Origin: Felis catus
Taxonomy: Eukaryota
DNA length: 64,000 nt
Direction: 5' to 3'
NCBI RefSeq assembly: GCF_018350175.1
Contig: NC_058368.1
Span: 230,766,001-230,830,000 of the forward strand
Within the stretch, counting starts at the first letter, position 1. The number at the start of each line of letters is the position of its first letter. A program made the translations under genes and the position numbers. Below the pieces are notes generated by a model. It made no database searches. It was not told the origin of the DNA and saw only the letters and a program-made list of their open reading frames with translations. Positions 49,569-62,258 of this stretch are shown piece by piece.

Positions 49569-51217
49569 AAGTGAGATCTTTTTATACCAACACAGACACA
49601 CTAAGATAATAAGACAACATCGTATCCCTTGTGGCTCCCTATGAACATTGTCTCACACCCCGAGGCTTTGTCCCAGACTGAAAAGAACAAATCCGTCTCC
49701 CTCGTCTTCCCCTTCCAACTCTGTACGGTCCTATCAACAAGCCCAATTCTTCACACGCTCACACTCTGTGTGTTAAAGGAGGAGTAGGTCAGTAAAAATT
49801 AATTAAAAGAGTTGCTTGAGCAGAAAAAAGAAATTTACCGAGCAATTTCCCACTTCTTGGTGAAAACCTCATCCCGGGGAATAGTGTCCCCTGAACAAGT
49901 GGCTTTATTTCTGATTTAACAGTAGGGTATTTCTAAGCCTCCTCATCCCATCTGCATCCATTTCACAATGACTGAACAAATGCAATTAGCCTGCAGTGAG
50001 CCAAGTAATGGTTTTCTTAAAGGACTGGGAACACTTGCTTAGACTAATATGGATGGACGTCTGCTGCAGCTTCTTCCAGACAGGCTCCCCTCAGCAGCAA
50101 CCACATGTGTGCGTCCAGTGCCCCAAGACAGACGGTTTTTACAAGAAAACAGTACCAAGGCATTGAGGAGCTAGATGGGAGTGGGGATGGGGAGGTGCAT
50201 GGCCTCCCTGCCATTTCCGGCTTGGGGACCTTACCTGGAAAGAAAAGAAACGAACACTCCTGGCACACCTCCCGAAGGCTGGGTAGTGCACTCATGCTTT
50301 TATGTGCATTACGCAGCATTCTAGAACTTCGGTTCCATCAGAGCAGAGACGTCATCTGTCTTGCTCACCACTATATCCCTAGCACACATGGGAGGCATGC
50401 AGCACATATTTGTCTGGGGAAGCCACCGGAAGACCCCTAGGAGTCCTCTCCATCCTTGGATCTAGTGGATTCCAAGGTCTCACTGCTGGGTGGTCCTGGA
50501 AACCGATCGGCTTCTCAGGAGTCATCATACCTGGGAATCCCCTGAGAGCTTGAAGAAAGACTTTCAGAGTTCAGGGAACGTGCAAACACATTCATGAGTA
50601 CCTTTTATTCAACGCAGAGTCTGTAAGTGGGTAGTACATCAAGGGCCACTTATGGATGCCAGTATTTGAATGAGACTATTCATCTGCTCCAGGGATGGCT
50701 CTCTTTCTTGCCTGATTAAATTAGCTGCCTCTAATCTCTAGAGTTACTGGTCATCTAGTATTCTTTAGCTATAGTTCTTCAATATTTGTCTTCAATAACA
50801 AGTACTTGAGAATCTACCCTGAGTGTATAAGGCTCTGTGCTAGGGACAGTGGGGATTCCAAGCTGAAGCAGCCACAGCCACTTTTGATCAGCCGGTCAGC
50901 CTTAAGCCTCCTGCATTCCAGCTCACTGGTCACTGCATTTCATCAACTCTAAGAGACATTAATTGTAAGACACATTCTGATTTCAGAGCATTCTTATCTC
51001 TCCTGCTCTGTTCTGCCTCCTGTCACTGTACGGCCAGTGACACGCACAGAGGAACAGGTTAGGAAAACTGAGAGTGCCTGATGGTTCCAGGGAGGGCTGG
51101 GGCCCTTCTCACTGGAAAGGATCATGCAGTGTGAACCCTGTTAAACTCTTTTCCCCAAGCCTCTGTATCCTTCTATTACCACAATCCACTGTATCACTTG
51201 CATTTGAATACACAGTT

Positions 51218-51218
<1 letters not shown>

Positions 51219-51254
<36 letters not shown>
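51219..51254. repeat. (CA)18 microsatellite
   Basis: Read directly. Confidence 0.95.
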
Positions 51255-51256
<2 letters not shown>

Positions 51257-51511
51257 TTAATTTAAATGGGAATTGACAGTAAAACCACATTTTTAATGAC
51301 AAATGAAGTGAAGTGATACGAGAATTGAAGAGAACCAGATTCTTACGCGTGTATACTTTTTGGTAGGTCCATATTTGAATTCAATTGCTACACACAAAAA
51401 TATCTAATTTTTTCCATAATCAGTGCAAATCTATTTGGCAGGCTTAATTTTGCATGCTTCAAATGTATTTCCAAGTAGTCACTATGATATTCATATCTTC
51501 CGACTTCTTTC

Positions 51512-51692
51512 TTTCTTTTTTTTTTAAGAGAGAGAGAGGGGGGAAGGGGCAGAAGGAGAGGGAGAGAGAGAATCTTAAGCAGACTCTCCAGTGCAGAGCC
51601 CAACCTGGGGATCGGTCCCACGACCCTGAAATCATGACCTGAGCTGAAATCAAGACTCGAATGCTCAATGGACTAAGCCTCCCAGGAGCCCC
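51512..51692 (-). mobile_element. CanSINE (older)
   Basis: Degenerate TSD at 51496-51511 and 51693-51708. Confidence 0.9.
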
Positions 51693-53194
51693 TCTTCAGA
51701 TTTATTTCAAAACCTAAAACCAATATTGCTCACGTTTTTGTAACCAAGAGAAACTTGCCCAAACAACTTTTTTTTTTAAAAGAAATTAAAACTCATTGTA
51801 AAAATTCATTTCTATATTTTTTAGTTTGGGGGAAGAAGAGCGAAAATTCACCATTACTAAGTAGATTTTTCCTTACAAATAAATCAAAACTTCCTGATCG
51901 TAATGATTTCTAGTACAGAATCTTGGACGATTTCTGAGGTGTAGAAACTTGATCAGTAAAGAAACCATACTTCCTTGGAAGACTTCCCCTTTTGTAAACC
52001 GTTCATACCAAAGACACTCCAATAGGAAAGCAAAAGACATAAGTACGAACCCCCTGAAGCATCAGCCTCCCAAAGGGAAGGGATAGATACCGGGTTTCAT
52101 AACACTGGACAAGTAATAGGCTTTTAATAAATGTTTATTCACTGAATGGATAGAGGGATGGCTGGATGGATGTGTCCCACAACCACATAAGAAGAAGCTA
52201 TGATAAAGCAAAGGATCCCAGGACTATAGGACTTTAAATAGTGGCTATAAGAAACTGGTGTGGACATCCACTTAATAGGATGCATTATCTGAGAACAAGT
52301 TAGATAAGATGGAGATCTTTGTCTCCTGTAGAGGTCATGGATTTATTCTAATCTGTAAAGCCAGAGAGCTGGTGCATGTTCACATAGAGCAGGGAGGCAA
52401 ACTCGAGCAGAATACAGATGGGCTTTCTAAATTGGGATATTTTAAGAGCTACAGAGCCCAGGTACAGCTCTGCTGGCTTCCCATTACGGACTCTGCAAGA
52501 CCTAAATAAAGCTCGTGTGGGTTACTCGCAAAATTGAATGACTTCATGAATCATTTCTTGGAGATTGCACTTTTAATTTATAGGCAGAATGCAGGAGGGG
52601 TAGATCTCAAACCCTTGTGTTCTCAATCTATATCCAGAGCTGGTTCTCTAACGCATAATGCTTTCCTGAGTCCTCCCGCAGGAAGGCCAGGGGCAGGACT
52701 GATGGATTCATGTCCTGAAAATAATGGACACGGCGACGGAAGGTAAACCGAACAGCCACTCGACTCAACACTTGCCCAGGCACATCTTCTCACCGAAGCG
52801 AGAGGGCAGATTCTGACGTGGGACATTGTTGCCCACTGCGGTACAAGCTCTTCCCCGCCAGCCCAGCTTGCTTTGCCTGACGCCGAGCCCCAGCCGGCTC
52901 CCTCCGCCGCTGCAGAGCTGCTGATCTGGTTTTTCCTTGGCCTTGGGTGTCGCTGGCAACATTGTCAGTTGAGCGGGGATTGCGGAATCTCTATTCCTGG
53001 CGACCAGGTGAGAAACAGCCAGTGCACAGCTGGATTTTCTGATCGCGGGTTGGGTTCGCAAGGCTCGGGGTTGGAGAGGGAGGGAATCATCTTTTCATGT
53101 GCTGAGTAGTCAGGCTGGAAGTCAAAATCCATAAAAGCCAAGAAGAAATCCTATACTTTTGTCTGTTTCCAGTTCTCAGGCAGGGCTTTCTCTC

Positions 53195-53541
53195 AAAAAA
53201 AAAAAAAATATATATATATACACACATAATATATATATATATATAAAATATATATATACATAATATATATATAATATATATTATATATAATTAATATATA
53301 AATATATATTATATATAAATATATATTATATATTTATATTTATTATATTTATATAAATATATAAATTATATATAAAATATAATATATATATAAAATAATA
53401 TATAAATATATATTATGTATATATATTGCTATATATAATATATATTGCTGTATTGCTATATTATATATATCGCTATATATACATATGTATATATATACAT
53501 ATATACACACACACACACACATATATACATATATATAATAT
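53195..53541. repeat. Long (TA)n-rich low-complexity tract
   Basis: About 350 bp, almost all A/T, with short (CA)n near both ends. Confidence 0.95.
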
Positions 53542-53867
53542 AGCAATTTTCTTTCAGGTGGTTAAATGAAACAAGTAAGAACCTCCCAAAATAAAAATCA
53601 CTGGATTTAAATAATTTACAGACAAATTCTGTCTTCTCTTTCCAGCTTGTCTATAAACTTCCTGAGAGTCGAGACCTTGTCTTCTGCCTCTTTCATTCAC
53701 CACAGTACAGTTTACACTGCCATACGCTTGACAGGAAGTGAATAAATGCTTTTGGACTGAGTGAAAGAATGCAGACCCAATCCAACTTCACTCTCCATCA
53801 AGCAGAAATATGCAGGCCTGAAAGGAGGCATAAACGAGACGCGTGGATTAAAAACTTCGCAGCCAGT

Positions 53868-54071
53868 GGGGCGCCTGGGGGGCTCCGCTGGTTAAGTGTC
53901 AGACTCTTGATTTCGGCTCAGGCCATGATCTCTCGGTTGGTGAGATCGAGCCCCGCATAGGGCTTTGCACTGATGGGAGCCTGCCTGGGATTTTCTCTCT
54001 CCTTCTCTCTCTGCCCCTCCCACCCCCTCTCTCTCTTTCAAAATACAAATAAAAAATATTCTTATAAAAAA
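53868..54071 (+). mobile_element. CanSINE (older)
   Basis: TSD aaaaacttYgca on both sides. Confidence 0.9.
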
Positions 54072-55717
54072 AAAAACTTTGCAACTAACATATTTGGAAG
54101 GAAATATTCCCAGTAGATAGAGCAAGGACTTTTGACCAAGAGCAGCCGATTTCAAGTCCTGACTCCACCACCCTCTCTCTGTGTGACCATCAGGAAATTA
54201 TCGCATTTCTGGAGCCTGAATCACTGACTTTGCAGGGTCGTGACCGCCCTGTGAAAACACATACGTCGGATTACATCACCCGTCCGCTGTAAGACCGCCC
54301 TCCAGCAGCTTCTCAACTCCTGCCAAGCAAAAGCCAATGTCCCTATAAGAATATTCTCCCCACTCTGGCCACAACCTTTAACTTCTAGAGGAGCAGGGCG
54401 ACGATGGGTCTCATATATTTTGTTGACTGATGTCATTTATTTTCTGTCTTCCTCCTACAGTGTAAGCTCAGTGAGGACTGAGAATTCAGACTTTATCCAC
54501 AGCACGTTGAAGGTTCCTGGAACTCAATGAATATTAGTTGAGTGAATGGATGACCTTCCAGCACAGATTCTGGCACATGGGAGCTGCCCACTAAATGGGG
54601 ATTTTCACCATCATTCTTATCATCTGGGATCTTCAGGATAAGCTAAGCTACGTACTGTTGGCTTTACATTGCACACAAAAATCAGCCTTTCTAGGAACAA
54701 AGCCACAAACACGTATAGTAAAAAGTTTTCATATAATAGTTTCAAGACGTCTTTTCCTGGATCGGATTTCATTTTTTTACTTAGTCCTCATTATTCTCCA
54801 ATGTTCTCGTCAATGGATAGAAAGGAGAAAATAACGAAAAATAAAAGCGTAAGACCAAAAAAGAGAGAGAAGGAGAACTACAATGAATCAGAGACCAGCC
54901 AAACAGTAAAGACTGGCTACAGGAAGAAATCAAAAAGAGCAAAAAGCTGTAAGGGTCTGTGCAGGAAGGACATTCCTGGATGCATGTTAATATATAAGGA
55001 AAGGGGGTAAAGACAGAAGGAAAAGCCTTCAGAGAAAAGAGAGAAAACTAACATTTTTGCAACGCAAAAGCCAACTTTATAACTTGGAGAAGCCAGTCTG
55101 AACACTCAAAAAGCTGCCTTTTCTTTCCTTGCAGACAGTTTTCCTAGTTGCCAACAGTGGTGGAAATTACATCGATTCCCTTCACATGGTTCACGAGAGG
55201 CGTACTCGCTCAGAGATTCCGATTTCAAACATTTCTTCAGAGCTGCTAATACAAAAAAATGTTTTCACTTCATATTTATGTATCGGGAAAACTGAAAAGA
55301 ATCAAAGGAAAAGCTACTGTGACAATCAGAGACTTTGTAAGGTAGTGATTTTTTTTAATTAACAACGAAAAATAGATACCCATTATATATCATAAACAAA
55401 AACTAGTACAAAGATAGGAAAGAAGACCACATTCATGACAGCAAAAAGAAGAAAATATTTAGGCACAAATCTTGCAAAAGAACGTCTGAAACCCAGTGAA
55501 GAAAACTAGAAAACACTCCTAAATGACACAAGAATCGTCTCGAACAAACAGGAAGGCACTCCACATTCTCAGATAGGATGATGTGGCATCAAAAAGGAAT
55601 CAGTTTTCACTAAACTAACGTATAAGTTTATTGTGATTTAAATATTAAAAATTATCAGAATTTTTTCTCTCTGGGGAGACAGGCTGGTTATAGAGTTGAT
55701 TTAGAATAATGCACAAG

Positions 55718-55928
55718 CAGGCACCTGGGTGACTCAGTCGGTGGCTCAGTCCAACTCTTGATTTTGGCTCAGATCATGATCTCACGGTTCGTGAGTTTGA
55801 GCCCCGCGTCAGGCTCTGTGCTGACAGCTCAGAGCCTGGAACCTGCTTCGAATCTGTGTCTCCCTCTCTCTCTCCCCCTCCTCTCCCTCTCTCTCAAAAA
55901 TGAATTAAAAACTAAACGTTAAAAAAAA
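55718..55928 (+). mobile_element. CanSINE
   Basis: ggcacctgggtgactcagtcgg..ggctctgtgctgacagctcagagcctgg. Confidence 0.9.
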
Positions 55929-56582
55929 GGAGTAACAAACAAGCAAGCAGAACCCTGAAAAGACCAGGAATGGGGGAGGGGAGGGGAGGGTGGCTGGACC
56001 TATCAGATATTAACACACACTACGAAGCTTCTATGATCTAAACGGGTTTCTACTGGTGTTTGAATAAACATACATGACCCAGGACAGAAAATCCTGAAAC
56101 AGATGCACATGGGTATGAACATTTAGCAAACAACAAAGACAACATCTTAATACAGTAGGGAAAAGACGGACTTTTTCACAAGTGGTGTTGAGCTAACTGC
56201 ATAGCCGTAGGGGGGAAACAAATCCTCTGCTCATGCTGCCTGTACGCCAGGATAAATGGCGAATGGTGTTTATTTAAATAGTAAAAAAGAGAAAACCACA
56301 AAATTCTAGAAGAAAATATGACTGAATTTCTCTTTAACTCAAAGTGAATAAAACTTTCTTAACTAAGACTTAAAATCTAGAAGCAATAAGTGAAAAAGAT
56401 TGATTCGTCTCATTACAAAAGAAAAACTTTTATGGCAAAAAAAAAAAAAAGCATAAGCGAAGTGAGAAGACAGGAGACCCACATGAAAATGCATCGGAGA
56501 GTCAATGTCTAATGATAAAGAGGTTCTAAAAATAAGAGGAAAAAAAGCCAAGAACTCTACTGAAATGTCATCTATCTATACA

Positions 56583-56706
56583 TAGATACATAGATGATAG
56601 ATAGATAGATAGATAGATGATAGATGATAGATAGATATAGATATAGATATAGATATAGATATAGATATAGACAGATATAGATTAGATATAGATATAGATA
56701 GATATA
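56583..56706. repeat. Compound (TAGA)n to (TAGATA)n microsatellite
   Basis: Read directly. Confidence 0.95.
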
Positions 56707-57340
56707 AGTGGTTTATGGAAAAATAAATGTGACTGATTCTTAGACAAATAAAAAGATGTTCAACCTAGCTCATAATAAGGGAAATCCAAATTAAAATTAT
56801 ACTGAAATACCACTGGATTGAAACACATCAAATGTGGCTACATCTGTATGTTCATAATGACACATACAGGCACAGAAGTCTTTGTTGTTCCTCCCTGGAG
56901 GATGCCTGAGAAGCAATTCATTACTGTGAAACTAAGGAAGAGAAGAGAAAGGATCAAACATTTATCCTGCCTTTCCTAAATGGACTCTTGTTTACTATAA
57001 TCAAAAAGGTGATAAAAGGAGTTTTCTCTTTATGGAGCTGTCCCAGCTAATACATGAATGATGGAGTTTAAATATCACCATTTGCAACCCTTCATGAATT
57101 AATGTATTGGCAAAATCCCCAAATCTGACAATATGTGCTTTTCCTTTACCTGTCGCACTTCTAGGATCTAACCCAATGATACACTGGCAAAAATTTGAAA
57201 ACCTATATTCAAAAGGCTGTTCATTACAGCACTATTTGTGAGATTGCACAAAACTTGGGGCAACCCAATTGTCCATCAGTTAGACTCAAGGTGAATTAAC
57301 CAGGTACATCTACAAAGTTCTAAGGTATTTTGCAGTATTT

Positions 57341-57560
57341 TTAAAAATTTTTTTTTAACATTTATTTATTTTTGAGACAGAGAGAGACAGAGCATGAACG
57401 GGGGAGGGGCAGAGAGAGAGGGAGACACAGAATCGGAAACAGGCTCCAGGCTCTGGGCTATCAGCCCAGAGCCTGACGCGGGGCTCGAACTCACGGACCG
57501 CGCGAGATCGTGACCTGGCTGAAGTCGGACGCTTAACCGATTGAGCCACCCAGGCGCCCC
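57341..57560 (-). mobile_element. Young feline CanSINE
   Basis: Perfect TSD tattttgcagtattt at 57326-57340 and 57561-57575. Confidence 0.95.
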
Positions 57561-57586
57561 TATTTTGCAGTATTTAAAAAAAAAGT

Positions 57587-58070
57587 GGGGCGCCATGGTG
57601 GCTCAGTCGGTTAAGCATCCAACTTCAACTCAGGTCATGACCTCATGGTTTGTGAGCTCGAGCCCTGCATCGGGCTCTGTGCTAACAGCTAAGAGCCTGG
57701 AGCCTGTTTTGGATTCTGTGTCTCCCTCTCTCTCTGCTTCTTCCCCTCATGCTCTGTCTCTCTGTCGCTCTGTCTCTCTCCCCCACACCCCGTCAAAAAT
57801 AAATAAACAGGGGCGCCTGGGTGGCTCAGTCGGTTGAGCGTCCGACTTCGGCTCAGGTCATGATCTCGCGGTTCGTGGGTTCGAGCCCCGTGTCGGGCTC
57901 TGTGCCGACAGCTCAGAGCCTGGAGCCTGTTTCAGATTCTGTGTCTCCCTCTCTCTCTGACCCTCCCCCGTTCGTGCTCTGTCTCTCTCTGTCTCAAAAA
58001 AAATAAATAAATGTTGAAAAAAAAATGTTTAAAAAAATAAATAAATAAACATTAACAATTAAAAAAAAAA
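57587..58070 (+). mobile_element. CanSINE whose tail is split by another SINE
   Basis: Body 57587-57809; tail remainder ttaacaattaaaa resumes at 58052. Confidence 0.9.
57810..58038 (+). mobile_element. CanSINE nested in the previous SINE's tail
   Basis: TSD aaataaataaaca at 57797-57809 and 58039-58051. Confidence 0.95.
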
Positions 58071-58975
58071 GAATGAGGAAGATTTCCATTATGAGGTGAT
58101 CTCTAAGATGTATAATCAAATGGAAAAAGAAAGGAGGAGAATAGTAAATACGATAGGCTAAGAAAAAGGAAAATATGAATATATATGGGAATTTACTTAA
58201 AATTTTAAAAACATTAATGGGGGCCTATGGAAAGAAGGAATAGAATAGAGTGGATAGAGATTAAAGCTAGACTCCTTCGAATAAATCTTATTCTGTAGAT
58301 TTAATCTTAAGAGCATAGCTATAAAACAAAATTAACTTGAAAAACAATCCCTAAGAATCAAAAATAAAGTGAACCAAATGAACTTAAATGATTTCGAGGA
58401 GGTAGCATAACCACACAAAGGAATGTACATCTGCAGTGACAATTCTCTAAGGCAAAAATAACTTCAAACAAATCTTAAATTGTTTTCAGTAAATATATTG
58501 TTCCTGCAAATGTTGATATTGTGATTTGAAATTTGTATGTGTGCGTTGTGGGATAATGCAAATGATTAATTGCATTGGTGTCACTGAGATCCTGAATTTT
58601 AGCGTAGAAGAAAAGATCCAAATGTAAGATTGATGAGGCTAAGTAAAAACAATGGCCCTAGACTTTGAATTGGAAGTTTAAGCATGAACTCTGGATAGAG
58701 CTTATCTTAAACAGCAGATAAATACACAAAAATATTTCCTATCTCTGTCTGCTGCAAGTCCCAGAATCAATGACCAGCCCAATAGCAATGAGAATCCCCA
58801 GCACCCAGAGTTTGACTTCAATTTTCCCACTTAAGGGAGTTAAGTAAGTACTGCTTGAAAAATAGGCTCTTACGGGTCTGGGTTATTAATGTATGAGATG
58901 AGTCTGAACATCTTATCACACCAGAAAACAGGGAAGCTATCGAGAATTGCTAGGGTTCTATGAAATAACTTGGGG

Positions 58976-59444
58976 TGCAAATGGAAACAACCCAAATGTC
59001 CATCAATGGAAAGATGGGTAAATAAAATGTGTATACCCATAGAATAGAATGTTATTATGCAATAAAAGGAAACAAAGTATAGACACCTGTTACAGCATGG
59101 ATGAACTTTGAAGGCATTTTGCCAAAAGAATCCAGGCACAAAAGACCACACGTTGTATAATTATATTGTACGGACTCTCCAGAATGGGCTTATCCATGGG
59201 GACAGAAAGTCTGTTAGAGGTTGCCTAGGTCTGGGGGTATGAAGGAGGAGGAGGCAGGCAGAGGGCAGCTGGGAGTGAGAGCTAATGGATACAGGGTTTC
59301 TTTTGGGGTGACAAAATGTTCTAAACTTGATCTTAATGATGACTGTGCAACTCCAAATATAGTAAAAACAATATACTAAAAACAATCCTTTAAATGGGTG
59401 AATTGGCATGTGAATGATGCACCTCAATAAAATTATCTTAAAAA
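58976..59444 (+). mobile_element. L1MB-like 3' end
   Basis: tggaaacaacccaaatgtccatcaa..gctaatggatacagggtttcttttggggtgacaaaatgttctaaa..cctcaataaa. Confidence 0.85.
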
Positions 59445-59449
59445 TTAAG

Positions 59450-59637
59450 GGGGCGCCTGGGTGGCTCAATCGGTTAAGTGTCTGACTCTTGATTTTGGCT
59501 CAGATCATGACTGTCGTGGGATCGAGCCCCACATCGGGCTCCACATTGGGCATGGAGCCTGCTTAAGATTCTCTCCCTCCCTCTCCCTCTTCCCTTTCCC
59601 TGCATATGCTCATGGGCATGCTTGTCCTCTCCTTCTC

Positions 59638-59665
<28 letters not shown>
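59450..59665 (+). mobile_element. CanSINE (older type, long poly(A))
   Basis: Head, gagcctgcttaagattctctc, long A run. Confidence 0.9.
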
Positions 59666-59668
<3 letters not shown>

Positions 59669-60459
59669 GGGACCAATGTGGTCCAAGGCAGCAAATTTGA
59701 TTCTCAACACGAACAATCAATACATTGGATGAGAACATGTGACGTAGGGTTAAATCCATACATTCATAATAATGTTCTTTAAAGTTTTGATTTTCTTTGG
59801 GGAAAAGTCTAGGAACTCATTATTATTAAAAGCAGTAAGTAAAGAGAAAAAATCCAAGCATTTATTCTGCCCTTCTTAAATGAACTGTCCCTCAGGGTTA
59901 TCAAATCGGTGATAAGGAGAAACTTCTACTTTATAGAAATAATCCAGCTACTAAATGAAGATTGGAGAGTGAGACCATTTTGCCATCTCTAATAAAGTAA
60001 TGGATTTAGTCAATTGGGGATTGTTTTGTACAGCCCTCAAGCTAAGAATGGTTTTATATTTTTAGAGAATTATAAAAGAAAAAAAAAAAACAAGAAGAAT
60101 ATGCACGTCCAGTGTCCAACACCACAGACAGCCAGGTAGGTAATCCTTGATTCTTTCCGGTGGAAGGAAGCTCACCCCAGCACACAGGAGCAGCCTTGCC
60201 AAATAGAACAAATCTGATTCTGACCCTCCACTCTCCTACCACTTCATAGGAAAGACAGCAGACAGAGGGACAGGTTTAGGGTCCCAAGGACGATGAGTCA
60301 GCAAGAGTCAGACTGCTGGAGAATCTACGGGATAAAATCTATTGGCATCAGCTAATAACTGCGGGGGGAAACCCATGTATTAAGACCCTGTAAGAGAGAT
60401 GTCACCCAGAGCCCTGCCCGGGGCCTTGCTAGCACCCTGATTCCAGCAAACAAACAAGA

Positions 60460-60632
60460 GGGGCTCCTGGGTGGTTCAGTTGGTGAAGCATCTGCCTCTT
60501 GATTTCTGCTCAGGTCATGATCTCATGGTGGTGAGATCCAGCCCCACCTCAAGATTCTTTCCCTCTGCCCCTTCCCCTCCCCACCCCCCACCCCCACCCC
60601 TCACCCCCCAGCTCTCTCTTAAACAAAAAAGA
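60460..60632 (+). mobile_element. CanSINE (internally deleted)
   Basis: ggggctcctgggtggttcagttgg..gctcaggtcatgatctcatgg. Confidence 0.8.
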
Positions 60633-61273
60633 AACACACACACATAAATGTAACATCTATAAGCCAAGACCAGTGGGCGTGGGGGGGAGGGGAGCACAAC
60701 CTGGGAGTTTAATAATAATAACTCATTCCTGATGTGAAGTCTTTCCTGTTACTTTTGTTTAGATGGAATGATACACAGTACACAATAAACACTTACATAC
60801 TTTACCTATCTTAAACTCCTAGCAAGGAATTGAAGTTGCTCCCAAGCCAGCTCTGTAAAGCCAGAAACACCTCTGCACCACATCACCCACCTCCGGTGGT
60901 CTCCAGCTGGCCTTTCCTGCCCTTGTGCCCACAGCCTCCTTTTCACCAAATAGCAACAGAGAAAGGTCCCTGCAAAGGGTGTCTTTTCTCTGCAAGAATC
61001 AAACCCCCAAGACTAAAAAGTGTTTTCGATCAGAAACGCTACTCCTTTTCTTTCTGAAAGAAGACGGAAGCAGATTCTCCCTGCTCAGCGTCAAATAAGG
61101 AGCTTGTGAAAACCTACTTGTGCCCACTGTGCCCACTGTGCCCAAGAACTCCCCTCGGACCTTCAGAAGTGGCCACGGTTCCCAGCCTTTTCAACTTTGT
61201 CCTGTGCGAAGCCTGTCAGAGAGCAGGACAGACTTCAAGTGTGGATCTATGCGACCACTGGCAGCATCGGTCA

Positions 61274-61821
61274 TCACCAGCCAGGGGTCTGAGGTCCCTG
61301 GATGAGGACAGTAGCCAGAGGGGGGAGCCGAGGGTCACCAGCCAGGGGTCTGAGGTCCCTGGACGAGGAGAGTAGCCAGAGGGGGGAGCCGAGGGTCACC
61401 AGCCAGGGGTCTGAGGTCCCTGGATGAGGACAGTAGCCAGAGGGGGGAGCCGAGGGTCACCAGCCGGGGGTCTGAGGTCCCTGGACGAGGACAGTAGCCA
61501 GAGGGGGGAGCCGAGGGTCACCAGCCGGGGGTCTGAGGTCCCTGGACGAGGACAGTAGCCAGAGGGGGGAGCCGAGGGTCACCAGCCGGGGGTCTGAGGT
61601 CCCTGGACGAGGACAGTAGCCAGAGGGGGGAGCCGAGGGTCACCAGCCGGGGGTCTGAGGTCCCTGGACGAGGACAGTAGCCAGAGGGGGGAGCTGAGGG
61701 TCACCAGCCGGGGGTCTGAGGTCCCTGGACGAGTACAGTAGCCAGAGGGGGGAGTCGAGGGTCACCAGCCGGGGGTCTGAGGTCCCTGGATGAGGACAGT
61801 AGCCAGAGCGGGGAGCCGAGG
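61274..61821. repeat. G-rich minisatellite, 9 x 61 bp
   Basis: Unit TCACCAGCCRGGGGTCTGAGGTCCCTGGAYGAGGACAGTAGCCAGAGGGGGGAGCCGAGGG starts at 61274, 61335, 61396, 61457, 61518, 61579, 61640, 61701, 61762. Confidence 0.97.
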
Positions 61822-62258
61822 TGCAGGGAGCAGGTGGAATTCGAGAGCCGGGCAGCTCTACCCACACAGGGAGAAATCTGGTGTCTTGTTACCCTCCTCC
61901 GTGTCACTTCTACCTTTTCATCTCTGGGATGACACCGTTTCTCCCTAAACCCTAATTTTCATCATCCCTTCCCGTCAGAGCAGGAGACCCCGACTGCTTC
62001 CCGACAGCGTGGCTCCCTCACTCCGGAGCTGGCCTGAGGCCACCTGGGGAGCTTGGTCCTGGCTTCTCACCTTAGCCTCCAACCCGTCCCCACCCCCAGT
62101 TCCACACGCTGTGTCTTAGTCACATGGTGTCTTTGTGGAGAAAAGTGCTCCTCTGCACCGAACCTGTGTTTAACGGCTCTTAGTGGTTTCCTAGCAGGTG
62201 AAAGCAGGGGTCATGACTAAAATGACCCAACTCCGGAGCTCGCTTTTCAGGTTCTGTG

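Larger units (their letters stand above)
55290..60450 (+). mobile_element. Composite ancient L1M (L1MC/ME-like) region with later insertions
   Basis: ORF2-like aaaatatttaggcacaaatctt (KYLG) and aagatgttcaacctagctcataataaggg; L1MC-type 3'UTR blocks at about 56815-57110 and 59720-60010. Confidence 0.7.

Noticed and set aside
49030..49690. Possible hAT/Charlie relic around the 49.3-kb SINE
   Set aside because: Could not define TIRs or a family by eye.
61274..61821. CRISPR-like or coding repeat array; CTCF-like motifs within the unit
   Set aside because: Head-to-tail units with no unique spacers, eukaryotic context, period not a multiple of 3; CTCF similarity has about 3 core mismatches.
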